A stretch of 63,380 nucleotides of DNA from Pelomyxa schiedti (lineage: Eukaryota > Protista > Evosea), in the NCBI GenBank assembly GCA_020536535.1, contig JAHLWZ010000358.1, positions 1 through 63,380 on the forward strand, written 5' to 3'. Each line of letters starts with the position of its first letter. The stretch's first letter is position 1. Positions 35,599 to 47,342 of the stretch are shown in pieces. A model generated the notes under the pieces. It searched no databases. It saw only the letters and a list, made by a program, of their open reading frames with translations, and had not been told where the DNA came from. A program made the translations under genes and the position numbers.

Positions 35599-38460
35599 AT
35601 GTCATCTTCGCAGGACGTGCCGGCACCGCACAACAGCAAACGACCGAGGATAAGCGCAGCCCCCCCAGCGCCGCCGTACGACAACGCCCGCGAGCGCACA
35701 GAGCCCGCGGCAGCAGCAGCCCCCAGCGCCGTCGGAGGCACGGGCTTCGTGCCGCTGCCATCCCCCGCGTCGCACTCGACGACCACCACCACCACGGCCG
35801 CAGCCGCGCCTACGGCGACAACAGCGACGACCACCGCGTCTACCGCCACGGACGACAGCGAGATCAACGGCAGGAAGAGGCCGCCCCCGGCACCGCGACC
35901 GCAGCCGCAGCACCAGCAGCAGCAGAAAAAGCCGGCCGCGGCGGGCAAGCAACAGAAGAAGCAGCGGCTCAACAACACCCGCCGGAAGCAGGTCCGGGCG
36001 CAGGCGCAGGCGCAGCAACAGAGGCAGATGCAGGAGCAGGAGCGTGGGCGGGGGGACACCGCGGAATGGGCCGAGGGAGGGGGTGTCAGCAGCGAGGGGG
36101 AGTGCGGGGAGCAGGACGGGGTGGAGCGGGAGGCGCGGGCCGAGGCGCGGATGAGCTACGCGGTGCGGATGCAGGCGCGGGCCGCGAGCCTGCGGGCGGC
36201 CAAGGCCCGCGGGCCGATGTTCGGCCTGGGCTGGGTGTCGGGCGGCGGCGCCGGCGGCGGCGGCGACGACGACGACGCGGGCGCGGGCGCCGACCCCAGC
36301 ACGCAGTACTCGGAGGCGCTGGGCGAGGCCGCCGTGGCCGACTCGGCGGCCCCCGCGGCCCGCTGGTTCGTGGACCTGCTGCGGCTCCTGGGCATGGACG
36401 AGTACATGGACCACGACCACGTGTGCCGGAAGCTCAGGAGCGTGGTGCGCCACCTGCTGGACCCGGTGCGCCCGGAGCAGCGTTCTCAGTGGTCTCGTGC
36501 CCCCGCTGCAACTGCAACTGCAACACCCACTGCCAATCCAACTGCGATTAAGGCAACTGCGAAGGCGTGTAAAATGGAAAATTCAAATGCAAATGCAACT
36601 TCTTCCGCTGGTGAAGTGGCAGTTGTGACTCCTGATATTATCACTGTTGAAACAAAAGTACCTACTTCTGATATCCAAGATCAGTCGCTCATTGAGAACG
36701 CGGTGGCTGAGTTTCTCAGAAAGTCTGTGCAGGAGTTGACGTCTTCAACGCACATTGATTGGGGTATCATTGTTGTGGGTTTGAAGAAGTACCTACAATC
36801 TAGCCTGTCCCGCAACGGCGCTCGCATTGGGCATGGCGACATATCAAAGATTAACACAAACTCCAATGCTGCATTCTGGGATAGAAATGGGAACATGCTC
36901 TCCAACGGAACATTGCGGGGCGCAATTCATGATCTACGTCACTTAATCTCAAAAGGTGCTGACGAGGCAGCACATTCCTGTGTGGATAAATTGTGGTTTA
37001 TGTGTAAGGAACCCGCCAAAGTTGCAACAGCCTATGCACCACCACCAAATCTCGTAGAGGCTGCAGGTCTTGTTACGGGGTTGCCAGACCTCCTGAATTC
37101 CATGCAGTCATTATCTCTACATCAAATAGCTGAAGTGAGTGGTTACTTCTGTGCTGTCAATTTACTGAAAGTGCGTTGTTCAGGATTTTGCTGGAATATC
37201 TAACTCAAACTCTAGGTCCTCCTTCACACAGTTTACACAAATGTACCCATCCCTCCTCACGTCTCTGCAGAATTATCACATTTGAAATTTCTTGATATTT
37301 GCTTCAGAACGGTTCCCTTGTGCAGCCCCCTCCGTCACACAGTACAGCTTCCAGATCCCATCCCCAAAAGCACATTGTGCCCAGTCGTGGTTGTCTTCCT
37401 CACCAAAATTTTCAAAGCACATACAATTGCTCTTAGGCAAAAGTGGAACGCCACTTTTGCTCTGCGTATGGCTCATCTGGGTAACACAATTTATGCAACT
37501 AAATGTGCTCTCCGTTGCCAATGGCACAAACAGAAGAAGTCAAAACATGTATGGAAAGAAAGTACAAAAGCTGTCAACGGAGGATCGGCACAAGCCTGCA
37601 GACTATTTGCCATTAAATACTCGAATTTCCCAGCCTTACTGAAGGCCTGCTTTCTTGGTGACCCAGAGGCAATGACACACCTCGCCTGGAGCATTTGGTG
37701 TGAAAGTGAAAGGAAGTGCTTGGTGGTCACTGCTGGCGAATTCATCCTTCCCCGCGTCATTGCTGCCCAGAAGGAACTTATTTTTTCTCTACTTGCCTGG
37801 GCAACTGCTGCAGGTTATACTCCAGCGTGGGTGTTGCTTGGTTGGTGGCTAGAGTGCACAGCCGGTAGAAGCCAAACGGGGAAATGCAATGGGACCTTTC
37901 TTGCAGCACATCTCTACCTCAACTTCGTTCTTATGAATGCTCATCTCCAGTACAGCTTCATTGACTCTTCAGTTTCCACACTATACAGCAAAGGCAGGAA
38001 GGTAATATTTCACAAACAAAAATCCAAACTCTCCTCCTAATCAGAAAAGTAGATCTCTAAGGTGTACCGCTTTGCTGTGATGCGCCTTGTCAAGTTGTAC
38101 CTCAGGGGAGACATACATTGTGGTGTAGGGGCCCTCACGGGTGGCATCCAGGACATCTTAAATGTGGTGCAAGCAGAAGCCCGGCAAGAACCCACCCCCC
38201 CTGACATGGCTCTTGAAATCGACCGGAATTCCCTTGCGGAATGCTTCCAGCACTCTAGCATGTTGAAGATATTCTCAGAAGAAAAGAGGCAGTGGATCCT
38301 ATCTGCATACTCACACCTACAGGGAACAATGCGGACCCTCACAGCACTGATGGCACATCACCCACGGGTGGGTCGTCAGAGCCCCCTCAGGGTTCTCCCT
38401 TTCAGGACTCTGTCATACATTGCTGCCCTTTCTGGTGACTTCACTGTATATCAGTGGTAG
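35599..38460 (+). CDS. Hypothetical protein: low-complexity GC-rich first exon, Sel1-like helical repeats, C-terminal HPRVG-SPL motif
   Basis: 534-codon first ORF plus downstream exons; GDPEAMTHLA and AAGYTPAWVLLG are Sel1-like; ends ALMAHHPRVGRQSPLRVLP...IAAL. Confidence 0.65.
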
Positions 38461-38591
38461 TCCTGTTTTCAACAACCCTGTCTAAAAGAACTTCCATTAT
38501 TGTGGCACAAAGAAACAAACTATTTGGAATAGCTTTTTTTTCATGCCTTTTGTTGGTAGAAGTATTACAATGTACAGGAAATGGTTACAGT

Positions 38592-39845
38592 TTAAACACT
38601 ATTCAAGCTCCTCGGTTCCTTAAGTAGTGTCTTCTCTGATTGGATTTTGGGGGCAACGACCGGCTTCCACAAGACTATCAATATCAGCACGGCTGGAAGA
38701 AGATCCAAGAATGGTTGGAACAAAAGTTTGCTAATTGTGGTGCCCACTGCGTTATCAGAGAGAACAAACATGTCAATAATAATCATCCCGGACCGCAGTA
38801 GAAATACAACAAAAAACAGAATTGCTGGGAAAGTTACCTGTGGTTAAAGGAATTAATACCCAGAACAGGAAGAAGGTATGAAGAACGGGGTACCCGTTTT
38901 AGGACTTGACTTGTGCGCTCCGATTTCAACACTGAATGATTTTTCACATGCACAAACACTACAACCCCAAAAATTCCAAATGCTTTAAAGAGTTAGGTTT
39001 TGATTGTTTCTTTTAAGGTCAATAAAGGAAACGCACCCATGCCAGTGACAAATGCGAGTGAGGCAGCATATATAGCCTCTATTTCATGGAATAGGTCCAT
39101 GGCTTCCACGCCCATCAGGATCAACAGTACTATCCAAACAAGATATACAAGGACATTGACTGCTGAGTAAACCTAAGAGATAGTTACCCAATTCAAGAAG
39201 TTTGCACCATTTACCATCAAAGTTGCCCGTTTCACTCGTGGTACTGTAGCAGAAGGAATTAACAATCCAACCCTAGGTGGCTTAGATATCTACAACCCGT
39301 AGTGGTTCAGGATACCAAAAGCAAAACATGAGACTATAGGCAGAAAAAAATAGGTAGCCCGGCAAACCCTAGGGAAGTTTAGAATAATGGCGGGGAAAAA
39401 AAATAAATGGAAGAAAAATACCCCTAGAAAAGTTTGCAGTAAAGTCTGTTTATTCAGGGAAGTCTCAAGATATCCATCCCAGAATATGCTCATCTCAAGA
39501 GCACGTGCTTCATAATAGCATTAAGCAGGTGGAGTTTTGATTGAAAAAGATGACAAAGGAGGAAGGCAGTGGCGCACACAAAAGCGGAAAAGGGATGAGT
39601 ATCAATGTTCCCTTCCTCACAGAGAACCCCGAGTAGGGCTCTCGCACTAAAATCCAAATCACCCGCGCGGCTGAGATGCCAAACGCAATGTAGAAACAAA
39701 CAAGCTCTGCCCAGAACACGTCGTACATCCAATCAGCAACTTGCGTGGTGCTTGAAGACATCGATGACGACCACGACGCGAGGGAAGGCGAAAGCGAAAA
39801 CGACGCGGACGAAGACTCGTTGAGCCACAATGACGACGACGCCAT
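38592..39845 (-). CDS. Multi-pass (probably 7TM) membrane protein, THH1/TOM1/GPR137-like
   Basis: Ser-rich N-terminus then successive hydrophobic helices (FYIAFGISAARVIWIL, VCRATYFFL, NVLVYLVWIVLLIL, FFVVFLLRSG, FLDLLPAVLILIVLWK). Confidence 0.6.
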
Positions 39846-40207
39846 TGTGGGAGAAGACCAACTCGATAATTGGCCGAAAACCAAAGAGACAGCGTTCCGG
39901 TCTGTTGATTATTTTATTATGCCGTTGTGGAAGGACTATCCTATCTGTGGAACTGTCTGGATCCGTGCTCGACCCATGTTGTCTGAAAGGTCTGGGAGAC
40001 CGAAATCTCCAGTCACGAGACTCAGGGAACAGACAACAAAGAATTGATAATTCTTAATTATGTCAGATCTCCAGTCATGGGAGTGCCAATAAAAGGGGGA
40101 GGCCAGAGCTGGACATCATGGAGATGCAAAAAACAAACAGACTGCCAAGGTGGCTCTGAACATTGGACACACCAAAAATGTAGCTTTGAGGATTGAATTC
40201 CACCACA

Positions 40208-40481
40208 TTGCTGCCTCATCTATCACAGGATAGACTCTGGGTCCATTTCAAACATCACACTAGTTGTACCACTGTGTCTCTCTCCATGCCCTACCTAACC
40301 TAGAACACCCTACTAAAAGCTTCCCCTACTGCTTTTAGTAGTGTTTTGTGACAGATAGGGCATAGAGAGAGGCACAGTGCTGAACAGGCCATCTGGCCTT
40401 CCATATAAATGCATGTGTGGTACAACTAGTGTGACATTTGAAATTGACTCAAAGTCTATCCTGTGATAGATGAGGCAACAA
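40208..40481. ncRNA. Long fold-back hairpin A (candidate hairpin-RNA/pre-miRNA or foldback element)
   Basis: 40208-40272 pairs with 40417-40481 (65 positions, 59 Watson-Crick); inner 40270-40320 pairs with 40331-40379; 10-nt loop. The structure is directly visible, the RNA function is inferred. Confidence 0.55.
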
Positions 40482-40631
40482 CATATTGTATTTTTAATGT
40501 TTGGCAGTACAGACATCTGTGCACAGAGTTGTCAGGGACCTTTTTGACTGTTTCATTGAAAAAGGTCCCTGACAGCTCTGTGTGCAGGTGTCTGTACTTC
40601 TGAACATCAAAAATACAATATGTTGTACCTC
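40472..40631 (+). ncRNA. Long fold-back hairpin B (candidate pre-miRNA)
   Basis: 40506-40545 pairs with 40559-40598 with no mismatch if G-U is allowed (36 Watson-Crick, 4 G-U); 13-nt loop; stem extends to about 40472/40631. Confidence 0.6.
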
Positions 40632-40790
40632 TATTAAATGATGAATCACAATCACAACACTGTTTTTGATGCTTAAATCAGACTGAAAGGAGTTTAGGCA
40701 CCCATTGAATACAACACACGGAAAGAAGTATTGACAAAGAGAGGAGGATTGGGCATCTTCTAGTTTTCGTCGAACGAACTTCTTGGTGTG

Positions 40791-43700
40791 ATGGCGGGAG
40801 CCAACACATGTCGAGGCCGGAAGTACGTGCTGTGTGGCGTCTCTGTCGATTTTCCGTACGAGGCTTATCCCTGCCAACTCGTGTACATGGAAAAAGTTAT
40901 TCAAGCGCTCAACAATGTGTGTGCCAACTGATCTTTTTTTTTTTTTTTTTTCTTCCTCTTTTTTTCTCTTTTTTTCGCCGTCCATTTTTGTTGTTGTGCG
41001 TTGGTGTTAATCTTGTTGCGTATCCTCAACCTCTTTCGATTATCAGAGGCAAAATGCACTCTTAGAGAGTCCCACTGGCACAGGCAAGACTCTTTGCCTG
41101 CTGTGCTCTGCTCTCTCTTGGCAAAGAGAACAGTTGTTGGTCAAGTTGCAGTACAACTGGGTGGATTCTCAGGTCATGAAAGCTGTTCAGGAGGACGAGG
41201 AAGAAGACGAAGAAAAGGTGGCTGCTGACACTGCTTCTGCTAAATCTGTTGCTACTGCCTTGGTCAAGTCTGTTGTGGATAATAGTTCTTGTAAGAACTC
41301 AAGCGAGGAGGTCGGCCATACCACTGTTGTTCCCTCCTCAGGCAGTGTCGGGCTTAAGAACTCAATGGGAGATAGCGGCAATGATGATAGCACCTTGGTG
41401 TTTGATGTGTTCCATGATGATGTTTGCCTGGATACACACGTTGACAGCGTTCAATCTTCCAGCTCAGATCACACTCAGCAAAGTGAAGAAACGGAAGAAG
41501 AAAAACCACCAAGACCTCCTAAGATCATTTATACATCAAGAACCCACTCCCAACTCACACAAGTCATAAAGGAATTCAGAAGATCAAGTTACCAGTAGGT
41601 TTTTATTTCCCTACGTCATACAAATGAACAAACAACCAACCACAGAGTGTCAAATGGCCTTCTTGGAGCACGGTCCCAGCTTTGTTTAGAACCAGCAGTG
41701 CGTAAATTACCTGCCACAGCTCAAAACCAGGCTTGCAATGCCCGCACATCTCGCAACGAGTGTAAACTTCGCAACAATTTATCGGGTGGAGTAGCAACCA
41801 AATTAACAGTTCTTTCACTGATAGAGCTATAGATAAACAAGTTGAACACCCCAAAGATTTTTTGGAACTGCTCCGGGCAACTGTGGATGACAAAGTGGCC
41901 TGGGATATTGGTGATTCCAGTACACTTTTTCCCCCAGTTATTCTAACTGGTTCACCCAAGAGGATCTCGAAAAAGTTGGAAGAGAGAACAATATTTGCCC
42001 CTATTACCTTAGTAGAGAGACAATTCAAAAAGCAGACGTTCTGTTCATGCCATACAATTACTTGATCGACCCAAAAATACGGTGAGTAAAATCTCAGCTT
42101 AGTCAGTGTTCCTGTTTCACAAAGTTTCAGTGCCACACAAGCAATAGATTGGACTGATTCTGTGGTTATATTTGACGAAGCCCACAATTTGGTACTTACA
42201 TTAGATTCCTAAAAAACAAAAGGCTAACGACTTCACAGGATTCTGTGTGCCAGGATGCTATTTCCGTGGAACTAACTCCAGAAGACTTGAATGGTTGCTT
42301 GCGGGAACTCGATGACTGTATTGAAGTACTGAAACAGAATACTATCCCAACTGAAAACAACCCTCCTCTTGTCGATTTTTTTCATCTCAAAGGTAGAAAT
42401 TTTATTTTATTACTACCCAATGTTCATTATCCCTCAGATATTATTGCCGCCATTCAGACTCAAATTAGTGCATTGTACACTGCTGTCCGTTCTGGTGCCC
42501 CTCTGGATGTCAATCCTCGACCAACAATCTCTACTGATGGTGACAATTATCGATGTGCGACCTTTGTTGGAAGTTACTTCCGCAACCTTCTTGAAAAAAG
42601 TGGAATTGCTGGTGATCAAGGCGACACAATTGTTTCCATTCTGTCTACCGCAGTGCAGAGCTTGCAAGATGGTACCATCCCATGGGAGGAGAATCAAAAC
42701 TTTAGACTGGCATAATAACTGGACACTATATAGCAGGATCACAGCATGCACATTTAGACCACTTCTCTGAGGCACTTAAGCTATCATTCTTTGTTGAACC
42801 CAAAGATGCAGACAGATACCTCAAGGTTCATTCACCATATTCTATTTTTAAAATTGAATCTTAGACACTAGTAGGTTCATATCTTCACTCAGAAAAGTCA
42901 GTGGTGCCTAGGATATTGGTGTTTTAGTCCTGCTCTCGCACTCCGTTCCCTACTTGGAACTGGAATTAGATGCATGTAGGTATTATCTACTTGACCTATT
43001 GACAATAAGCAACTTCTCTACCAGGATTTTGACTAGTGGTACATTATCTCCACTTGACGCGCTAGAGCAAGAGCTTGGAGTACCGTTTCCTATCAAATTA
43101 GAGAACTCTCATGTGGTCCCACTCGAAAACGTATGGGGTTGTATTGTTTCTTCTGGTAAGTAAAACGGTTTCAATAATATGCCTCTTTTTACACAAACTT
43201 AGGTACAAGAAAGATAGTCCCTCTTAACTCAGGTTACCAAAATCGCTCCTCCGCAGCATATCAAATGGAAGTTGGGGACATAATAGGTATTGGAGTGGAC
43301 CCCTTGTCCTCTCATTCTCAAGTTATCCCAGCTGGTGTCTCGCGGGTAACACCTGGTGGAGTTCTTGTATTTTTTCCGTCATATTATATGCTTACATCTT
43401 GCATTACTCTTTGGAGCCAAGAAGTAACCTTCTTACCCATATAAATGAATACTGATTTGAAAAAGCGCAATGGTGCTTGCATAATGAATTTAATTAAACA
43501 GTACAAGACTGTTGTCACAGAGGTGGGTCTACTTGGCCCTAATTTTACCAGCTCACATGACCTATGTAGCCACGAAATATGACCCAGTTCAATGCCGTAA
43601 TACAACAATATAATGATGAGGTGGCTCAACCAACAAACCGCGGTGCCATTTTTCTAGCTGTTGCGCGAGGCAAGGTGTTTACACCCCACCTCCTACAGGA

Positions 43701-45306
43701 GAGAGATATTTACTGTGATCCTTCCAGGTGAGTGAAGGTATTGACTTTTCCGACCACCACGCACGAGCTGTTGTAGTAGTGGGCCTCCCATTCCCCAATC
43801 TTCAAGATGCAAAGGCAGGCTCGTACCGATCAAATTCCAACTTTGGTAACATGAAGCAAGGTGAAACTCAAAAGACAGTATATGGATGAAGCACCACCAA
43901 ATCCAGAGGTCCTTCACTTCTTATTTTTTTATTGTTTACATCTTTCTGCCAGTGTAAGCCCTTGTCAGGTGAAGATTGGTATACCCAGCAAGCAACACGT
44001 GCAGTCAATCAAGCAATAGGGAGGGTTATTAGACACATTGCGGATTTTGGGGCAATTTTGTTATGTGACGAACGGTTCAGTCGTCCCAAATTGCGTGAAG
44101 CTCTTTCTAGGTATTGATTACTCTTCAGTGTCAACGAAACATTGATCCAAGAAAGGTGGTTACGTCCATGCCTTCAATCCTTTCAAACCTGGGGTGACAC
44201 ATTATCCAACCTCACGAAATTCTTCAATATGCACCACACCAAATACCTCAGTGTGGTAGCGCCAGGTGCTGTGACTGCACCTCCAGCAATAATTCCCTTG
44301 ACCAATCCAAAGTCCCCTGCGAAAAAAATCTCACCAACTCCCATGTCTGTGCAGTATCTCAAGTCCCCCAACCACCCCCCAGCCAAACCCAGCACCAAAA
44401 TGGAAACTTCGTCTGTGACATCACCTCTCAAAACAGAACTAATATGTAGAACTTCTGCTTCGTCAGTATTCCGAGGCCACTCCAACCCCGCAGTGGCTCT
44501 TCAAAACAAACATCTTGACACTAACCAGCCTCAGTCGACCCCCCAGCACCCCAAGCTGCAAGCACAAATGCAACCCCAGCCTCGGGCACAAATACCTCCA
44601 GCTCCTGCTTCTCCACAACAGCCTAACCGACAGGTTGCAATTGCAGACTCTCCTACTAAAGGCAGGTCAAGTAATTCAAGCACATTCTTAGTCCAGGTAA
44701 GCATGCACACTTACCTTTTTAGGTGACACAATGTGTAGGTTAAAGCAGTTCTCTCTGTGGAAAATTATACAATTTTCACGGAAAAACTCAACCAATTCAA
44801 GCAAGAGACCAAAAGCAAATCGAGCAGCAAGATTTCCAAACGTGCACTGGCAATTCTACGTGAGGTGAATACCCACCCCTTTCAAACCCTATCACCTTTT
44901 ACACCCACAATAGGCAGAAGTTCTACTGGAGGGGCATCCCGGACTTGTATCAGAATTCCTCATGTTTGTGCCGGCAAACCTACGGGGCCACCTCAGCCCC
45001 ATCAAAGCAACAAAACCCACAACGGAACCCAACCCACAACCCCAAACAACAACCCCACCAACATCTACAACTACAACAACAACAACCACCAGTGGCATTA
45101 CAACAACATCAACTACGGCCGGATCAGGCTCACCAACAGAAACCCCTCCAAAACAAAAACACACCACCAGTGACAAGGAAACGATTCAAGAAAATCAACC
45201 GAACCTCATCCAGGAAGCTTTGCCTTTGAAAAGGTCACCATCCCCTGTGAATGACAATCCCGCCGCCACAGCCTCCCCATCAAAGAAACAACGCATGGGA
45301 TTGTAG
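40791..45306 (+). CDS. RTEL1: Regulator of telomere elongation helicase 1 (Fe-S XPD/DinG-family helicase with C-terminal harmonin-homology-like domain)
   Basis: [91 protein letters not shown]; C-terminal FLVQVKAVLS...HPDLYQNFLMFVP. Confidence 0.88.
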
Positions 45307-45415
45307 ACGCCCACCTTTCACCTCAAAACTTGTTGTTGTTGTAAAAGAAAAAAACCCAAGCTTGGTTGGTGCTTTGCCTAATTATGAGATTATTGCTATC
45401 ATTTAATTTAGTGTC

Positions 45416-46933
45416 CTACTCCTTGGAGTCGATGATGCCGCCTTCCGAGATGGTGAAAATAGCTTCTTCTTCGGGAAGGCAGGGACTATCATACACCTGT
45501 TGATGTGGTTAGGGTTTTGAAGGGCAGAAAGTGCATTGTGTACCTTACAAATCCTCTGTTCACCTTTTCCTTTGCGTAAGAAGAGCCGAGTTGTGCTGGC
45601 ATGAGCCAATACATGACCCCCAATGGGCTTTTTAGGATCGGCTACAAACATAGCACCAGCGCCTGGGTCGGCACATACTTGGTTGCTCATTAGAACTGCG
45701 ATGTTGAACTCTTCACTACTACAACGTTAGTGCTTTATAACAGGCTATAGTTGCTTGCCTGATCTTAACCATCCTGCTTAACATTTTCCCAAGTCTTTGC
45801 TGCCTCTCTGCCAGTTCTCCTCTTAAATTAATGTGAGTACAGAATTCATTGATTAAAAGGCTGGTACCTTCCAGTGAAATCCACGCGGAAGAGTGCGGTA
45901 ACGCTATCCACAACAAGTAGCGCGAATTTTTCTTCAACCATCCTGGCAGCAACTTTTATTGAATGAATTGAGTGTCACAATTAGCCGTTACGGGTGTACC
46001 TTCTGTGAGAAGATCCATTTGTTGCTCATGAGTATATGCTAAATAAAAAAGCGGTCACCAAAAGTCTTTTGCTCTCAAATACCTCGAGCATAGAGCACAT
46101 TGTCAAGGACAACCTAAGAGACTTAAATGAAAGAACCAGTTATAATGCAATTACTTCTGGATTCAAGTTGAACCGGGCAGCAATTTTTTCTATGCGTTCA
46201 GGTCGAAATGTTCCCTCTATAGATAGTTAGTAGGTATTTAAAACTGCGACATACCAGTATCTATGTAGGCTATTTTCCCTTCCCCCCCACCCATTGATCT
46301 AGGAAGCATTGCCGTCACCGCAACTGTGTGGCATAACTGAGTTTTTCCTGTGCGAAATTCACCAAATACTTCGGTTATTCCCATGGACTCAATGCCTCCC
46401 TGGAAAATGTTTAAAGAAAGAGGTTATCAATGGAAGTACTTTGAGAAGAGTATCCAGGGCGGAACTTGGAAACAATTAGTTTCTTTTCCAAAAAAAAGTG
46501 ACTATACCTCCCAGTAGTTATTCTGACCAACTCCTTTCTATATTTTCGTAAGGACTTGTCGCTGGAAGGCATTACCTTCTGTGATAAAGCTCACTTCCAG
46601 TGATGAAAGATATAGAACGAATTTTGGCTGCTGCTTCCAACAGTTTCTCTACTTTTTGCTCTGATATCCCTTTTACATTGATCAAATCTTTCCTAGTCCT
46701 CATCAGCACAGACTGTTGAAAAAGAAGCCCATTACTTTTGAGGAGGGGAAAAATAGAAAAACCTCAACGGTGTGGCACCCAGCAGCTTTGAGCTTGGTTA
46801 TATCTCCAACATTGATGCCGTGAAGTTGCAAATCGTCGATCGAATGATACCCTAGTTGTCTCTCTTCTCCTTCATCTGCCTCGGCTGAAGTTGTGGCAGA
46901 GGATGTTGTTTTGACTGCGGCTGCAGTGGTCAT
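45416..46933 (-). CDS. DMC1: Meiosis-specific recombinase DMC1
   Basis: [24 protein letters not shown]; DMC1-diagnostic [27 protein letters not shown] and GGHVLAHAS, where RAD51 has ELSARQMHL, AQVDG and GGNIIAHAS. Confidence 0.9.
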
Positions 46934-47342
46934 TGTGTTTGAAACCACAAATATGGAGCACCTATTATTAAAAATACCAAACTGAGATCTCCTTCGTGTG
47001 CCAGAATATAAACCTCGCGCAGGGGAATTACTATGCCAATGGAACAACAAAAACATAATGACAAGTTGTCAAATCTCCTTGGACTTCGTGGTTCATTTCA
47101 CAAAACGGCGTATCAATGTCACAATACCACTTGACGTCACACGTGCACCCAACCGTCATTTCGTTGTTCTTGTGCAGTCAACCGTCACTGCCCCCCAACA
47201 AAAGGGTGAAAGCATCGAACACACAACCCGCTTCTGGAACCCCACTTCCATCAGATCAACGAAACAAAACGAAAGGGCGACAAAGAAAAAAAACAACCAA
47301 AGACCAAAGCACCAGTAGAAGAAGAAAGAAACACCACCGCAG

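Noticed and set aside
35424-36551. Long overlapping ORFs (375 aa on +, 283 aa on -)
   Set aside because: Explained by stop-codon scarcity in a very GC-rich exon; the 35599 frame has the G/C-ending codon pattern.
40066-40170. Possible third hairpin upstream of hairpin A
   Set aside because: Only 6-8-bp complementary patches, compatible with chance.
45416-46933. RAD51 call, and an apparent frameshift near 46620
   Set aside because: Diagnostic residues favour DMC1, and the frame is continuous on careful reading ([15 protein letters not shown]).
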